Shown here: one piece after another, positions 23,713-32,000 of the stretch
Layout of the letters: the number at the start of each line of letters is the position of its first letter
Position numbering within the stretch: the stretch's first letter is position 1
Assembly: GCF_000698785.1 (NCBI RefSeq)
Contig: NZ_CP007536.1
Span: 1,020,001-1,052,000 of the forward strand
From: Nitrososphaera viennensis EN76
GTDB lineage: Archaea; Thermoproteota; Nitrososphaeria; Nitrososphaerales; Nitrososphaeraceae
Length of the DNA stretch: 32,000 bases
Reading direction: 5' to 3'
Position numbers and translations under genes: made by a program
Notes under the pieces: model-generated
Told to the model about the DNA's origin: nothing
What the model saw: only the letters and a program-made list of their open reading frames with translations
Databases searched by the model: none

Positions 23713-24072
23713 ATGAGCGAGCAAGGCCACAATAATAATAACAACAACACCATCTCGTTTGACGAGTTTATCAAGGTGCAGCTAAAGATCGGCAAGGTCA
23801 TTAGCGCAGAGGCCATTCCCGGCATGAAAAAGGTGTTCAAGGCCATTGTCGACATTGGCACAGAAAAGCGCGAGGTCGCAGTGGGCGCGGCTCTGTGGAT
23901 AAAGCCGGAGGATTTTGTCGGCAGGACCGTCGTGATATGTACCAACCTTGCGCCCAGAAAAATTGGCGAAATGACGTCAAACGGCATGCTCTTGGCGGCA
24001 GACGGTCCAGAAGGCAAGCCGGTTTTCCTTACCACGGTTGAAGAGGCGGCGCTTGGCGCGCCTATACACTGA
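23713..24072 (+). CDS. tRNA-binding domain protein (CsaA/Trbp111-like OB fold)
   Basis: FDEFIKVQLKIGKVISAE...VVICTNLAPRKIGEMTSNGMLLAA matches the tRNA_bind domain pattern. Confidence 0.75.
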   Translation: MSEQGHNNNNNNTISFDEFIKVQLKIGKVISAEAIPGMKKVFKAIVDIGTEKREVAVGAALWIKPEDFVGRTVVICTNLAPRKIGEMTSNGMLLAADGPEGKPVFLTTVEEAALGAPIH

Positions 24073-24080
24073 CTAACTAG

Positions 24081-24803
24081 CTAGCCTATCCCGGGCCCAA
24101 ACTTGCCTGGCTCTTTCTTTTTCTGTATTTCCTCAAGTATCGACTCGTAGTGCTGGTCAAGTGGCTTGGTGTCAAGGGGGATCTTTTCCAGCTTTGAAAA
24201 CGCGGCCACTATGCTCTTTGCCGCAAGCGGCTGCGGGACAGTGGTTTCCGCTATCTCGCCAAACAGGCCGATTGCGTCGATGCCCCGCTCTGCGGCAAGG
24301 CCGAGGATCACCCCGTTAAACCACGTGATGCTAGAGATTTCGCTTCCGACTAGGTCTATGCCGGCCTTTGCCAGCGCCTTTTTCAGTTCCGACCTGTTGA
24401 CCACTCCGCATACCCTCGGCGCGCCCGTCAGTTGCTCGCGGAGGTAGCCGCCGGCGCCGTACAGCTTTTTTACCGTGCCGATTTTTTGCGCATAGTCTAA
24501 AAAGGCATTGCACAGCGCGTATAGTTGCCCAGGGTCCTGCGGCTGCGACTCGCCCGTGAACACCAGCAGTTTGTGCGCCCTGTCATAAAATACCTTGTAA
24601 GTGTCGCTTGCGCTTTTTACCACGCCGTTAGAGTACGACACCCACGGCTTGTCGCTTGCCACGACCTCGGCAACCTGCTCGCACTTTAGGTGCTGCGCAA
24701 GAAAGGACGACACGAGCCCGCCGACGCGCCCCATGTCCGGAAGCGACGCAAACGCGGTAAACTCGCCTGCCTGTACGTCTTTCAGCACGGAAAGCTTTAC
24801 CAT
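24081..24803 (-). CDS. PAC2-family proteasome assembly chaperone-like protein
   Basis: 240 aa. The N-terminal LPDMGRVGGLVSSFLAQHL pattern and overall size are typical of archaeal PAC2/DUF75 proteins. It starts 1 nt after the stop of the upstream gene. Confidence 0.5.
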   Translation of the reverse strand: MVKLSVLKDVQAGEFTAFASLPDMGRVGGLVSSFLAQHLKCEQVAEVVASDKPWVSYSNGVVKSASDTYKVFYDRAHKLLVFTGESQPQDPGQLYALCNAFLDYAQKIGTVKKLYGAGGYLREQLTGAPRVCGVVNRSELKKALAKAGIDLVGSEISSITWFNGVILGLAAERGIDAIGLFGEIAETTVPQPLAAKSIVAAFSKLEKIPLDTKPLDQHYESILEEIQKKKEPGKFGPGIG

Positions 24804-24804
24804 T

Positions 24805-25686
24805 TTATTTTCCTTCCATCCCGTTTATCTTGGCAAGAAAGGCGCAGATTGCGGTATAATCCATCTCAGAGTACCCGCTGTTGTTTGCCGCCCGGAACAT
24901 CTGCTGTACGAGCGCGGCGGTTGGAAGCGTGATGCCGTGTGCCTGCGCCGTGTCATTTGCAAGCTCTAGGTCTTTTAGCATGTTCTTCAGGTGAAAAGAG
25001 GGCTCATAGTCGTTTGCCACCATGAGCGGCCCTTTTTTCTCTGACAGGCCGGTCTTGAAGTATGTGCTGTTTAGCACCTGCACAAACACCGCAGGGTCGA
25101 TGCCAGAGCCCTTTACAAGCGTGATGCCTTCCGAGACTGCCGTTGCAATTAGCGCGATGTTGAGGTTGAGGGCAAGTTTCACCGCGTTTGCGGCACCGTC
25201 CTTTTCAGAGATGTAAAACACGTGCTTGCCCATCTTTTCCATCACCGGCCTTGCCTTTTCAAACGCCTGCCTGTTCCCGGCAACCATGGGCACAAGCTCG
25301 CCTGCCTCGGCAGCTGCAGGCCCGCCCATTACGGGCATGCCAAGCATTTCGATGCCACCCTTGCGCAGCTCCTGCGCGCAGTACGCAGACTGCTCTGGCG
25401 AGATGGTGCTGGCGTCTGCGATTATTGCCGGTGCATCCTTGGACTTGGCGATGCCTGCGTCGCCGAAAAACACTTCCCTGACTGCGTCAAAGTTTGTCAC
25501 AATGGTTATCACAAGATCGCAGTTTGAGGCAAGTTCAATGGGGCTTGCAGCCACCCGGGCATCCTTTGAAAACGGGCCCGTCTTGGACCTGTCCCGGTTA
25601 TAGACCCAGACATCGTGGCCGGTGCTTATCAAGCGCTTTGCAATGCCAGAGCCCATCAGGCCAAGTCCGGCGATGCCAACCTTCAC
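24805..25686 (-). CDS. NAD(P)-dependent 3-hydroxyisobutyrate/6-phosphogluconate dehydrogenase-like oxidoreductase
   Basis: N-terminal GLGLMGSGIAKRL Rossmann motif and an HIBADH-type C-terminal helical domain. GTG 25686 is preferred; the ORF track extends to GTG 25725. Confidence 0.8.
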   Translation of the reverse strand: MKVGIAGLGLMGSGIAKRLISTGHDVWVYNRDRSKTGPFSKDARVAASPIELASNCDLVITIVTNFDAVREVFFGDAGIAKSKDAPAIIADASTISPEQSAYCAQELRKGGIEMLGMPVMGGPAAAEAGELVPMVAGNRQAFEKARPVMEKMGKHVFYISEKDGAANAVKLALNLNIALIATAVSEGITLVKGSGIDPAVFVQVLNSTYFKTGLSEKKGPLMVANDYEPSFHLKNMLKDLELANDTAQAHGITLPTAALVQQMFRAANNSGYSEMDYTAICAFLAKINGMEGK

Positions 25687-25868
25687 GCCATTTCTCCCCT
25701 CATGCGCCAATAAAAAACTATACACGATGGTCTATTTTTAACCTATGAGAAAAAAGGTTAAATCAATGAGCTTTGTTCTATAACAAAGTAATTGCTTCTT
25801 GATCTTGCAGTTTCCAGTACATATATACGTTTATCTCCATTTATGGCTACATATTGTAGAGGGATGGA

Positions 25869-26654
25869 ATGATCAAGATGGATATGCCGCGCCTTTTGGA
25901 CGAGAGGGGTTACAAGCCACTGAAAATGCAGGAAAAGGCGGTGGCCTCTGCGGCAATGAGCTCGCTTACAGTCCTTGGCGAGTCGTCCATCAGGGCGCTC
26001 CTTTTCCACATGTCGACCCTTGCAGGCATGCAGGAAAGAGAGCTTTTGTCAAACTACAAGGAGTTTGAAAAAGCGTTATGGTCAGCGCTTGGCAGCGGCG
26101 CCGACATCATCCTGAAGCGCTTTGACGAAGAGCTTGCAAAGAACGTGCAGGCAACGGACATGGGCCCAAACGAGGTGCTCGACGCGATGAGGAGGGACGA
26201 ATCCTACGTCTTTATGCGCAATGTTTCAGCAGGCGAGCACGTGCTGCTCCTGTACAGGAGCGTCCAGTTCCGCGACAGGATGCTTGGCGCTTTCTTTGAC
26301 CCAGTTGCAGGAGGGCGCCAGGCAAAGGGCGCAATACTGTCAGAGCCTGCCGCGCTTGCGTCTGCACCTTCCATCACATGGCACGAGCTGCAGGAAAAGG
26401 TCGCTGGCGCAAGCCTTGACGAGAAGGTGTCAGAGTGGACGTCTGCACTTGGCGCAGGAAGGCTGAGGCTTGCAAGGGACAGCACCTGGCTTTTGGAAAA
26501 CAATTTGGAGGAAACCACTGCTTCAAGATTCAAGGACGCGGCCCTCGTGTGCGCCTGCGACCTGCGCGTTGGCATCGAGCGCACAAGCAGGGCGATGGAG
26601 TCGCATGACTATGTCGTGCTTGAAGATTCCAAGACAGTGTACGCAAAAGAATGA
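25869..26654 (+). CDS. hypothetical protein, possible MEDS-like sensory domain
   Basis: 261 aa. The central EHVLLLYRSVQFRDRMLGAFFDP resembles the start of MEDS domains. The N-terminal 90 aa are unassigned. Weak call. Confidence 0.35.
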   Translation: MIKMDMPRLLDERGYKPLKMQEKAVASAAMSSLTVLGESSIRALLFHMSTLAGMQERELLSNYKEFEKALWSALGSGADIILKRFDEELAKNVQATDMGPNEVLDAMRRDESYVFMRNVSAGEHVLLLYRSVQFRDRMLGAFFDPVAGGRQAKGAILSEPAALASAPSITWHELQEKVAGASLDEKVSEWTSALGAGRLRLARDSTWLLENNLEETTASRFKDAALVCACDLRVGIERTSRAMESHDYVVLEDSKTVYAKE

Positions 26655-26672
26655 TAGATAGGATATATATCA

Positions 26673-29207
26673 TCACCTGCGCCTGAGTATAAAGCGCAGG
26701 CAGAATCTCTGGCCTTCTGGCACCTGTTCCACGCTCAAAAAGCTCGGCCCAAAGTCAAGCGGGAACTGGCCGGCAGGCGAGCACCACTTGCCGACCATCA
26801 AGTCTTCCGTGACGATCCTTACCTCGTCGTGCCAATTAGTATAGTCGTACATGTACATCTGCTCGCTGGTAAGCGACACCCGCGATATGCCGCTCAGAAG
26901 GTTGCCAAACACGTACTGCATCTGAAGCGTGCCAGAGCCGTCTTTAGAGTACGTGAAGGTCTGGACGCGCGGCGTGAGCGCGCTGTCCGAGACAAGCCTG
27001 CCAGTCCACCTGCCTAGCACCTCATCAGCAGCGGGAGCGCGCCCGTGCTCGGAAAAGATCTTTTCATGATCCTTTTCTGTCATAAATTCCACGCCGTACT
27101 TTCTTGACATGCAAAAGACAAGCATCTGCTGGCCTTCAGGCGGCACTCCAAAGAACGCTTTTCCAAGTATCGTGTCCTTGTCCACTAACTTCAAGAGGTC
27201 GTAGAACATGGCAAACTCTGCGCCGGTGTATTTCAGATGCACGACTTTGCCATAGCGTGGGTGGTCCAGAAATTCAGGCACGTTGTCTGCAAATACTGGC
27301 GCGTCGTACGGGTGCGTAATGCCAGCAATCTTGCCGTCCTTATTTTTGAAAAAGCGCTTCCAAAAGCCGCCAAAATACTTTATCGACATTGTTGCCACGT
27401 CTTGGTCAACCGGGAAGAACCCCTTCCAGTGGTTGTCATTGTGTATGGTAAGCGAGTCCTTGTCAAACGACCAGCTGGACGGGCTGGGCTCCTCGTCTGC
27501 AGCATTTATCATGGTTTCAATCGGCATCCTGTTCTTTTCGCGTGCAAACATGGCCTCAAGCCTTGCGGCCGAGCAGTACATCGGCTGTGCAAGCGAGCAG
27601 CATTCTCCCTCGCTTGCAGACAGAGGCATCTTGGAAAATGATGATTTCCAGTTCTTGCTGATGTAGTCGGCAGTCATCGTGGCAAGGGCCATCACCGTGA
27701 CCTGCGGGTTGACTCCGACTGCCGTCGGAAAGACGCTTGCGTCGCACACGAACAGGTTGCTAAAGCCGTGCACCCTGCAGTTTGAATCCACGACGCACGT
27801 GGCGGGGTCGTCTCCCATCCTGTTGCCTCCTTGGGGGTGCGCAGAGGCAAGCTGCAGCCCGTCAGGATTTTTCTCAACGGCGTGGATGAGCTTGTCAATG
27901 TCTGCCCTGCTTGAGAGCCTGAAAAAGTCCCTGTGGCCGCCAATGACCTCTATTGCGCCTGCGTCAAACCACATCTCTGCAAGGACGCGCAGGCCCTTTG
28001 CAAAATCCTGGATCACGCGAGGCGCCGGCTCGTAGTGCACCTTCGGGTTGCCGGCGGCAGTCAGCGAGACTGTCCCTGCAGGCTCGTCGCGCACCATCAC
28101 GCCGGCCATTGCATAATTGACAAAGTCGTCCATGAGTAGAGAGTGGCTCTCGTAGAACGATGGCACGCCAAGGGAGAACTGCAGCACTGGCAGGAATATG
28201 CTCTCTATCAAAAAGCCGCCGTCCCTGACGCCGTTTGTGACTCCAAACTCGTGGCACGTGTAAGCCATCGGAATGCCGTCGTACGCGTTTATCGCCTTCT
28301 GGAACCTGCCGAGCAGAAACGACGCAGGATGGAACGTCAGCCCCCTGCCCGCCCTGTCAGGCGCAATGGCATTTTTGAGCAATATCTGCGACGACGCAAT
28401 CGTGCCGGCAGAGACCACCACGGCCTTGGCGTTTACCCTGATCTTGAACTTTACCTGGCCTGTGGCCCTGTCGACAAAGTCTCCCTCGGCCCCGTCTGCA
28501 ACTCCGCTTCTGTAGGTTATCCGCTCTGCAGAGCAGTCGCAGTAGATCCTGATGCCAGTTCCGCGCACCGCCTTGCGTATGTATGTGACAAGCATGTCCT
28601 GCTTGGTTTCATAGTGGCAGCCGATGTGGCACATGCCGCACTGCATGCAGCTGCGGCAGTTCCTGTCGTTGTTGCCGGCCTTGTACCCTTTGGCCTCGCA
28701 GGCTCGCCTTAGCATCCTGTTGTTGTCGTTCAGTTCAAAGTCCTGGACCTTGCTTGCGTGGATGGCCTTCCATACTTCTTCTATGGCGGCATCCCATCTT
28801 TCGTCAGGTATGTTTGCGCCCATGCCGCGCCACTGCTCCCGCGTCACCTGCGGCGTGCGAAAGCACACGGCGTCGTTTATCACGGTCGAGCCGCCAAGGC
28901 ACTGGCCCTGCACGACCAGCATACGCAGGTTGTCGGTAAACGTGGCCCCGCCGTTCTTCCACAGGAGCGGGATCATCTCGATCTCGCGCTGGTTCATGTC
29001 CTCGGCGTCATAGTAGCCGCCCTTTTCAATGAGCACGACGGATTTCCCGTCCTGCGCCAGCTTGCTTGCGATTATCGCGCCTGCCGCGCCCGAGCCTATG
29101 ACGCAGACATCCGCGTTCTCTATAATGTCATGCGTGACAACAGTGTAGCTCTCCCGCCTGTCGCGGATCTTTTCAAGGCCGTATATCATGCCGCTGCCGG
29201 TCGTCAT
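26673..29207 (-). CDS. GMC-family FAD oxidoreductase fused to a ~300-aa C-terminal tandem GXWXG/DUF4334-like (lipocalin-like) region
   Basis: DVCVIGSGAAGAIIASKL FAD motif, a Cys cluster CRSCMQCGMCHIGCH, and the GMC C-terminal HPQGGNRMG...CDASVFP. Two modules follow with GFWKRF or GRWTG plus ...LGKAFF.../...VGKW... barrel-like patterns. ATG 29207 is preferred over TTG 29270. Confidence 0.75.
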   Translation of the reverse strand: MTTGSGMIYGLEKIRDRRESYTVVTHDIIENADVCVIGSGAAGAIIASKLAQDGKSVVLIEKGGYYDAEDMNQREIEMIPLLWKNGGATFTDNLRMLVVQGQCLGGSTVINDAVCFRTPQVTREQWRGMGANIPDERWDAAIEEVWKAIHASKVQDFELNDNNRMLRRACEAKGYKAGNNDRNCRSCMQCGMCHIGCHYETKQDMLVTYIRKAVRGTGIRIYCDCSAERITYRSGVADGAEGDFVDRATGQVKFKIRVNAKAVVVSAGTIASSQILLKNAIAPDRAGRGLTFHPASFLLGRFQKAINAYDGIPMAYTCHEFGVTNGVRDGGFLIESIFLPVLQFSLGVPSFYESHSLLMDDFVNYAMAGVMVRDEPAGTVSLTAAGNPKVHYEPAPRVIQDFAKGLRVLAEMWFDAGAIEVIGGHRDFFRLSSRADIDKLIHAVEKNPDGLQLASAHPQGGNRMGDDPATCVVDSNCRVHGFSNLFVCDASVFPTAVGVNPQVTVMALATMTADYISKNWKSSFSKMPLSASEGECCSLAQPMYCSAARLEAMFAREKNRMPIETMINAADEEPSPSSWSFDKDSLTIHNDNHWKGFFPVDQDVATMSIKYFGGFWKRFFKNKDGKIAGITHPYDAPVFADNVPEFLDHPRYGKVVHLKYTGAEFAMFYDLLKLVDKDTILGKAFFGVPPEGQQMLVFCMSRKYGVEFMTEKDHEKIFSEHGRAPAADEVLGRWTGRLVSDSALTPRVQTFTYSKDGSGTLQMQYVFGNLLSGISRVSLTSEQMYMYDYTNWHDEVRIVTEDLMVGKWCSPAGQFPLDFGPSFLSVEQVPEGQRFCLRFILRRR

Positions 29208-29208
29208 T

Positions 29209-29790
29209 TTATTTCGTGCGCCTCCAGGAAATGACGTGGCTGTGCTTTGGAAACTCTTTGGGCCTTGCAATGACCTGCGGGCCAGGGTAGCCGTACAGCC
29301 TAGCTATCTTGGGGTCGGCGTAGTGCATGTAGCTTGTAATCGACCTCATCATGAGCGTGGCAGTCCAGGCAGGGTCTATCAGCGCAGGATCAACCCCGTC
29401 GCCTGCGGCCGCAAAGAGCGCAAGCATGCGCTGCGACGCGTTGACGTACGGGTCATGGTAAGGGAGGTCATCATCGTCGGCGGTTATCCTGACATCAAAT
29501 TTCAGGTTCCTGGCATTGCTCCTTGTTTCTGTCCTTTTCTTTACCACGCCATACTCGTCGCTTATGACAAGGTAGACGTCAGGCTCGCGCTCTAGTATTT
29601 CATACTTGCCTTTGAATGACGTGTCAGAAAATTTGATCCGGAAATTGCCAAGCTTGTTCGTAAGCGCGCTCCCGAGGAAATCGTCTGCCGATCCCATGTC
29701 GCTGTCAAACGCCTCGACGAGCAGGTCTGCAACGGGCTTGCCGCCTGCATCTCTAGCCCTTCCGGTGATGGTGTAGATGGTGGTGGCCAT
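29209..29790 (-). CDS. small protein with N-terminal transthyretin/carboxypeptidase-regulatory-like beta-sandwich
   Basis: YTITGRARDAGGKPVADLLVEAFDSD...LGSALTNKLGNFRIKF fits the pattern. The stop lies 1 nt before the GMC oxidoreductase ATG, so the two are probably in one operon. Confidence 0.45.
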   Translation of the reverse strand: MATTIYTITGRARDAGGKPVADLLVEAFDSDMGSADDFLGSALTNKLGNFRIKFSDTSFKGKYEILEREPDVYLVISDEYGVVKKRTETRSNARNLKFDVRITADDDDLPYHDPYVNASQRMLALFAAAGDGVDPALIDPAWTATLMMRSITSYMHYADPKIARLYGYPGPQVIARPKEFPKHSHVISWRRTK

Positions 29791-29916
29791 GGCTGCCGTA
29801 TCTGGGCAGATTACTTAAAGTTTCTCATAAAGGGCACTCCAGAGAAAATCTTCTATAGCAGGATTCTATTGTAGCCGTTAACCATTATTAGCAAGTCGCC
29901 GCTACCTGACAGAGCG

Positions 29917-30993
29917 ATGCCTGAAGAACAAGACGACGAGCGCGTATGGTTCTCGCACTGGACAAAGGAATACCAGGTAAGGCAGGTGGGAAAAAAGCGC
30001 ATCTTTGAGTGGCTTGAGAAAAAGCCAGCAATCAAGCTTGACTGGGACAATTGCACTGTCGGCGTCGTCGGCAGATCAGACGGCATGGAGAGGCTGGTCG
30101 TGAGGAGCAAGACGTCAAAGAACAGCCAGTACATGGGAAACATCCCGGTGCAGCTCAGGTTCATGCTGATGCTCGACATTGACCCCGGATCTGTACAAGA
30201 GCCGGTGCTTGACAGGAACTACAGCCTGGCGTCGTCAGCTAGAAAGCATATTCCAGAGTCTGTGCGCAGGACGCCGCACGACCGCTGGGTGCTAAGACTT
30301 GGAGGTGGTGCGGAGATCTGGGAGTGGACAAGGCACGGCGAAGACATAAAGTCCAGTAGGACCTGGCGCCTCTACGAGAAGATAATGACTTTCGCGCAGT
30401 CTGGAATATCTGCAGGCAACGTGTTCATGGCAAGAGTAGAGGAGATCGACAGTGTCGTGCCGGTGATCTACCAGCCTGCGGTGGACTCGCTTGACAACTT
30501 TTTGCGCGAGGTGCACTGCGCCGCTGCTACTACAATTGATGGCGAGACTGTAGACGTAGAGGTCTCGCTTGTCTTTAACAACGAGCAATTGCGCAAGTTC
30601 GCCTTTGCCGATGGCCTGTACAGGTGGCTCCGCAAGCTCCTGTATGGAAGGTCGATAGACATCGAGACCTTCCGAATCCATTTTGTCAGGGACAGGCAGG
30701 ACAAAGACTATTTCATCTTTCAGGGCATCTACAGCGGCGATTATGGCCTTACCTACGACACCATCCACCTTGACACCTCGCCGGAAATGCACAGGGTGGG
30801 GTACTATTTTGCAGGCCAGAACCATCCAGTCGTGTTCATCAACACTTCCAACCACGCCATGGCAGGGCATGACAACAATGCACAGATGTGGAAATGGGAG
30901 TACGTACCTTGGGTCGCAAAGTCTCCGGTTGTGCTTGGCACCAAGTCCAGAAGCGAGCTTGACAAGCAGTTCCATTCCGTATTATTTGGCTGA
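29917..30993 (+). CDS. hypothetical protein, no recognisable family
   Basis: 358-aa ATG ORF with ordinary composition. The antisense ORF 30292-30975 looks like a GC-shadow frame. Transcribed divergently from the GMC operon. Confidence 0.55.
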   Translation: MPEEQDDERVWFSHWTKEYQVRQVGKKRIFEWLEKKPAIKLDWDNCTVGVVGRSDGMERLVVRSKTSKNSQYMGNIPVQLRFMLMLDIDPGSVQEPVLDRNYSLASSARKHIPESVRRTPHDRWVLRLGGGAEIWEWTRHGEDIKSSRTWRLYEKIMTFAQSGISAGNVFMARVEEIDSVVPVIYQPAVDSLDNFLREVHCAAATTIDGETVDVEVSLVFNNEQLRKFAFADGLYRWLRKLLYGRSIDIETFRIHFVRDRQDKDYFIFQGIYSGDYGLTYDTIHLDTSPEMHRVGYYFAGQNHPVVFINTSNHAMAGHDNNAQMWKWEYVPWVAKSPVVLGTKSRSELDKQFHSVLFG

Positions 30994-31022
30994 CCGACCC
31001 CCTCCCCTTTAGGTGTCTTTTG

Positions 31023-31030
31023 TTTTATTA
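31023..31030 (+). promoter_or_regulatory. TATA-like box (TTTTATTA) upstream of the radical-SAM gene
   Basis: About 30 nt upstream of ATG 31060. Confidence 0.35.
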
Positions 31031-31059
31031 GGCATGCATTTGCATTTGCATGTGCCAAC

Positions 31060-32000
31060 ATGTCAGGGCTATGGTATGACATTTCAGCTCCCAGGTACGA
31101 GGCCAAGCAGGCCAAGTCGATAATCCACCCCTTTGCAGTCAGGGGATACACGGGCATGACCATAAACCCGTACCAGGGCTGCCAGCACCGGTGCGCCTAC
31201 TGCTACGCTACCTACGAATGGTCGCCCGAATTCTATGACAAGGTCTATGCCAAGAGCAACGCGCCGGAGGTTCTCGAGAAGGAGCTCCAGTCATGGAAGG
31301 GAAGCACCATAAACCCAGTGATGGTCGCCTCGGCAACCGACGCCTACCAGCCGGCAGAGCTGAAGTACGGCCTGACAAGGAGGTGCGTGCAGGTGCTGCA
31401 AAAGTATAACGTGCCGTACTATGTCTTTACAAAATCCGCAATCATAGAGCGCGACCTTGAGCTGCACCGCAGGTACGCCCACAACTGCTTTGTCGTCTGG
31501 TCGATAACGACTGCAAACGAGAGGATAAGGCGCGTGGTGGAGCCTGGCACGCCCCCGGCAGAGCGGATATTTGCAGTCATCAAAAAGTTCACGGACGCCG
31601 GCGTGCCATGCGGCGTAAACGTCGACCCGATAATGCCCCTTGTCACCGACACCGACGAGGAGCTCGACGCGGTTGTGGACTGCTGCAAGGAAGCAGGCGT
31701 GAAATACGTCTTTGGCGCGATGCTCCGCATGCGCGAGGACATCTGGGACCGCATGAAGCTGGCCCTCCGGCTGCTTGGAATTCCTGACGGCGAGAGGCGC
31801 TACCGCCAGATCTATGAAATCAAAGAGCCGCTTGCCAAGCCGTATATTGCCTGCAACAAGGAATACGGAAAAAAGGTGACAGACAGGCTCTACAAGAAGA
31901 TAGAGTCGCGGGGCCTCTGCCCAGACTTTCCTGATCACGTGCGGCCACAGGACATTGACAGGTCGTGTGCAGGCCAGACCACTATGCTTTCATTCACAGA
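31060..32000 (+). CDS. radical SAM protein, SplB/COG1533-like (partial, runs off the window)
   Basis: Not in the ORF track because there is no stop in the window. Hand translation gives MSGLWYDISAPRYEAKQAKSIIHP...GCQHRCAYCYA (CxxxCxxC) and continues open to 32000. Confidence 0.75.
   Translation, partial: MSGLWYDISAPRYEAKQAKSIIHPFAVRGYTGMTINPYQGCQHRCAYCYATYEWSPEFYDKVYAKSNAPEVLEKELQSWKGSTINPVMVASATDAYQPAELKYGLTRRCVQVLQKYNVPYYVFTKSAIIERDLELHRRYAHNCFVVWSITTANERIRRVVEPGTPPAERIFAVIKKFTDAGVPCGVNVDPIMPLVTDTDEELDAVVDCCKEAGVKYVFGAMLRMREDIWDRMKLALRLLGIPDGERRYRQIYEIKEPLAKPYIACNKEYGKKVTDRLYKKIESRGLCPDFPDHVRPQDIDRSCAGQTTMLSFT

Noticed and set aside
30292-31938. 227-aa (30292-30975) and 215-aa (31291-31938) minus-strand ORFs
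   Set aside because: They are antisense to the 358-aa hypothetical gene and to the radical-SAM gene. Their Arg/His/Val/Cys-rich composition is typical of GC-shadow frames.

Overview
This looks like an archaeal chromosome segment, probably from a Nitrososphaera-type thaumarchaeon. That taxon call is an inference. It rests on TFB, an Hjc-like resolvase, a PAC2 chaperone, a translin-like protein, a PEFG-type C-terminal anchor, and TATA-like boxes about 25-30 nt upstream of start codons. Most of the window is visibly GC-rich housekeeping sequence: FKBP, IscA, an MFS pump with its regulator, glnA with Lrp/RAM regulators, gdhA, tatA, tfb, a CDF transporter, NAD(P)HX dehydratase, an SDR, an HIBADH-like dehydrogenase, a GMC oxidoreductase and a radical-SAM gene that runs off the right edge. 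The stand-out is a roughly 3.2-kb, visibly AT-rich cassette at about 10404-13569. It is bounded by 82-bp inverted repeats and flanked by a direct GAAACC duplication. It carries a small winged-helix protein, an orphan secreted protein and a YVTN beta-propeller surface protein with perfect internal DNA repeats, but no transposase, and it splits a tandem pair of DUF190 paralogs. Other notable items: a TIMP-like Cys-x-Cys secreted protein translationally coupled to a membrane-tethered wHTH protein, plus a decayed paralog fragment; a shared operator-like motif in two promoters; a degenerate tRNA-Ser-like scar abutting a truncated surface-protein gene; a CDF transporter with three tandem cytoplasmic domains; and a GMC oxidoreductase fused to two lipocalin-like modules. 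No rRNA, CRISPR array, integrase or transposase was seen. CDS boundaries follow the ORF track. Coordinates of small motifs were hand-indexed and may be off by 1-2 nt.
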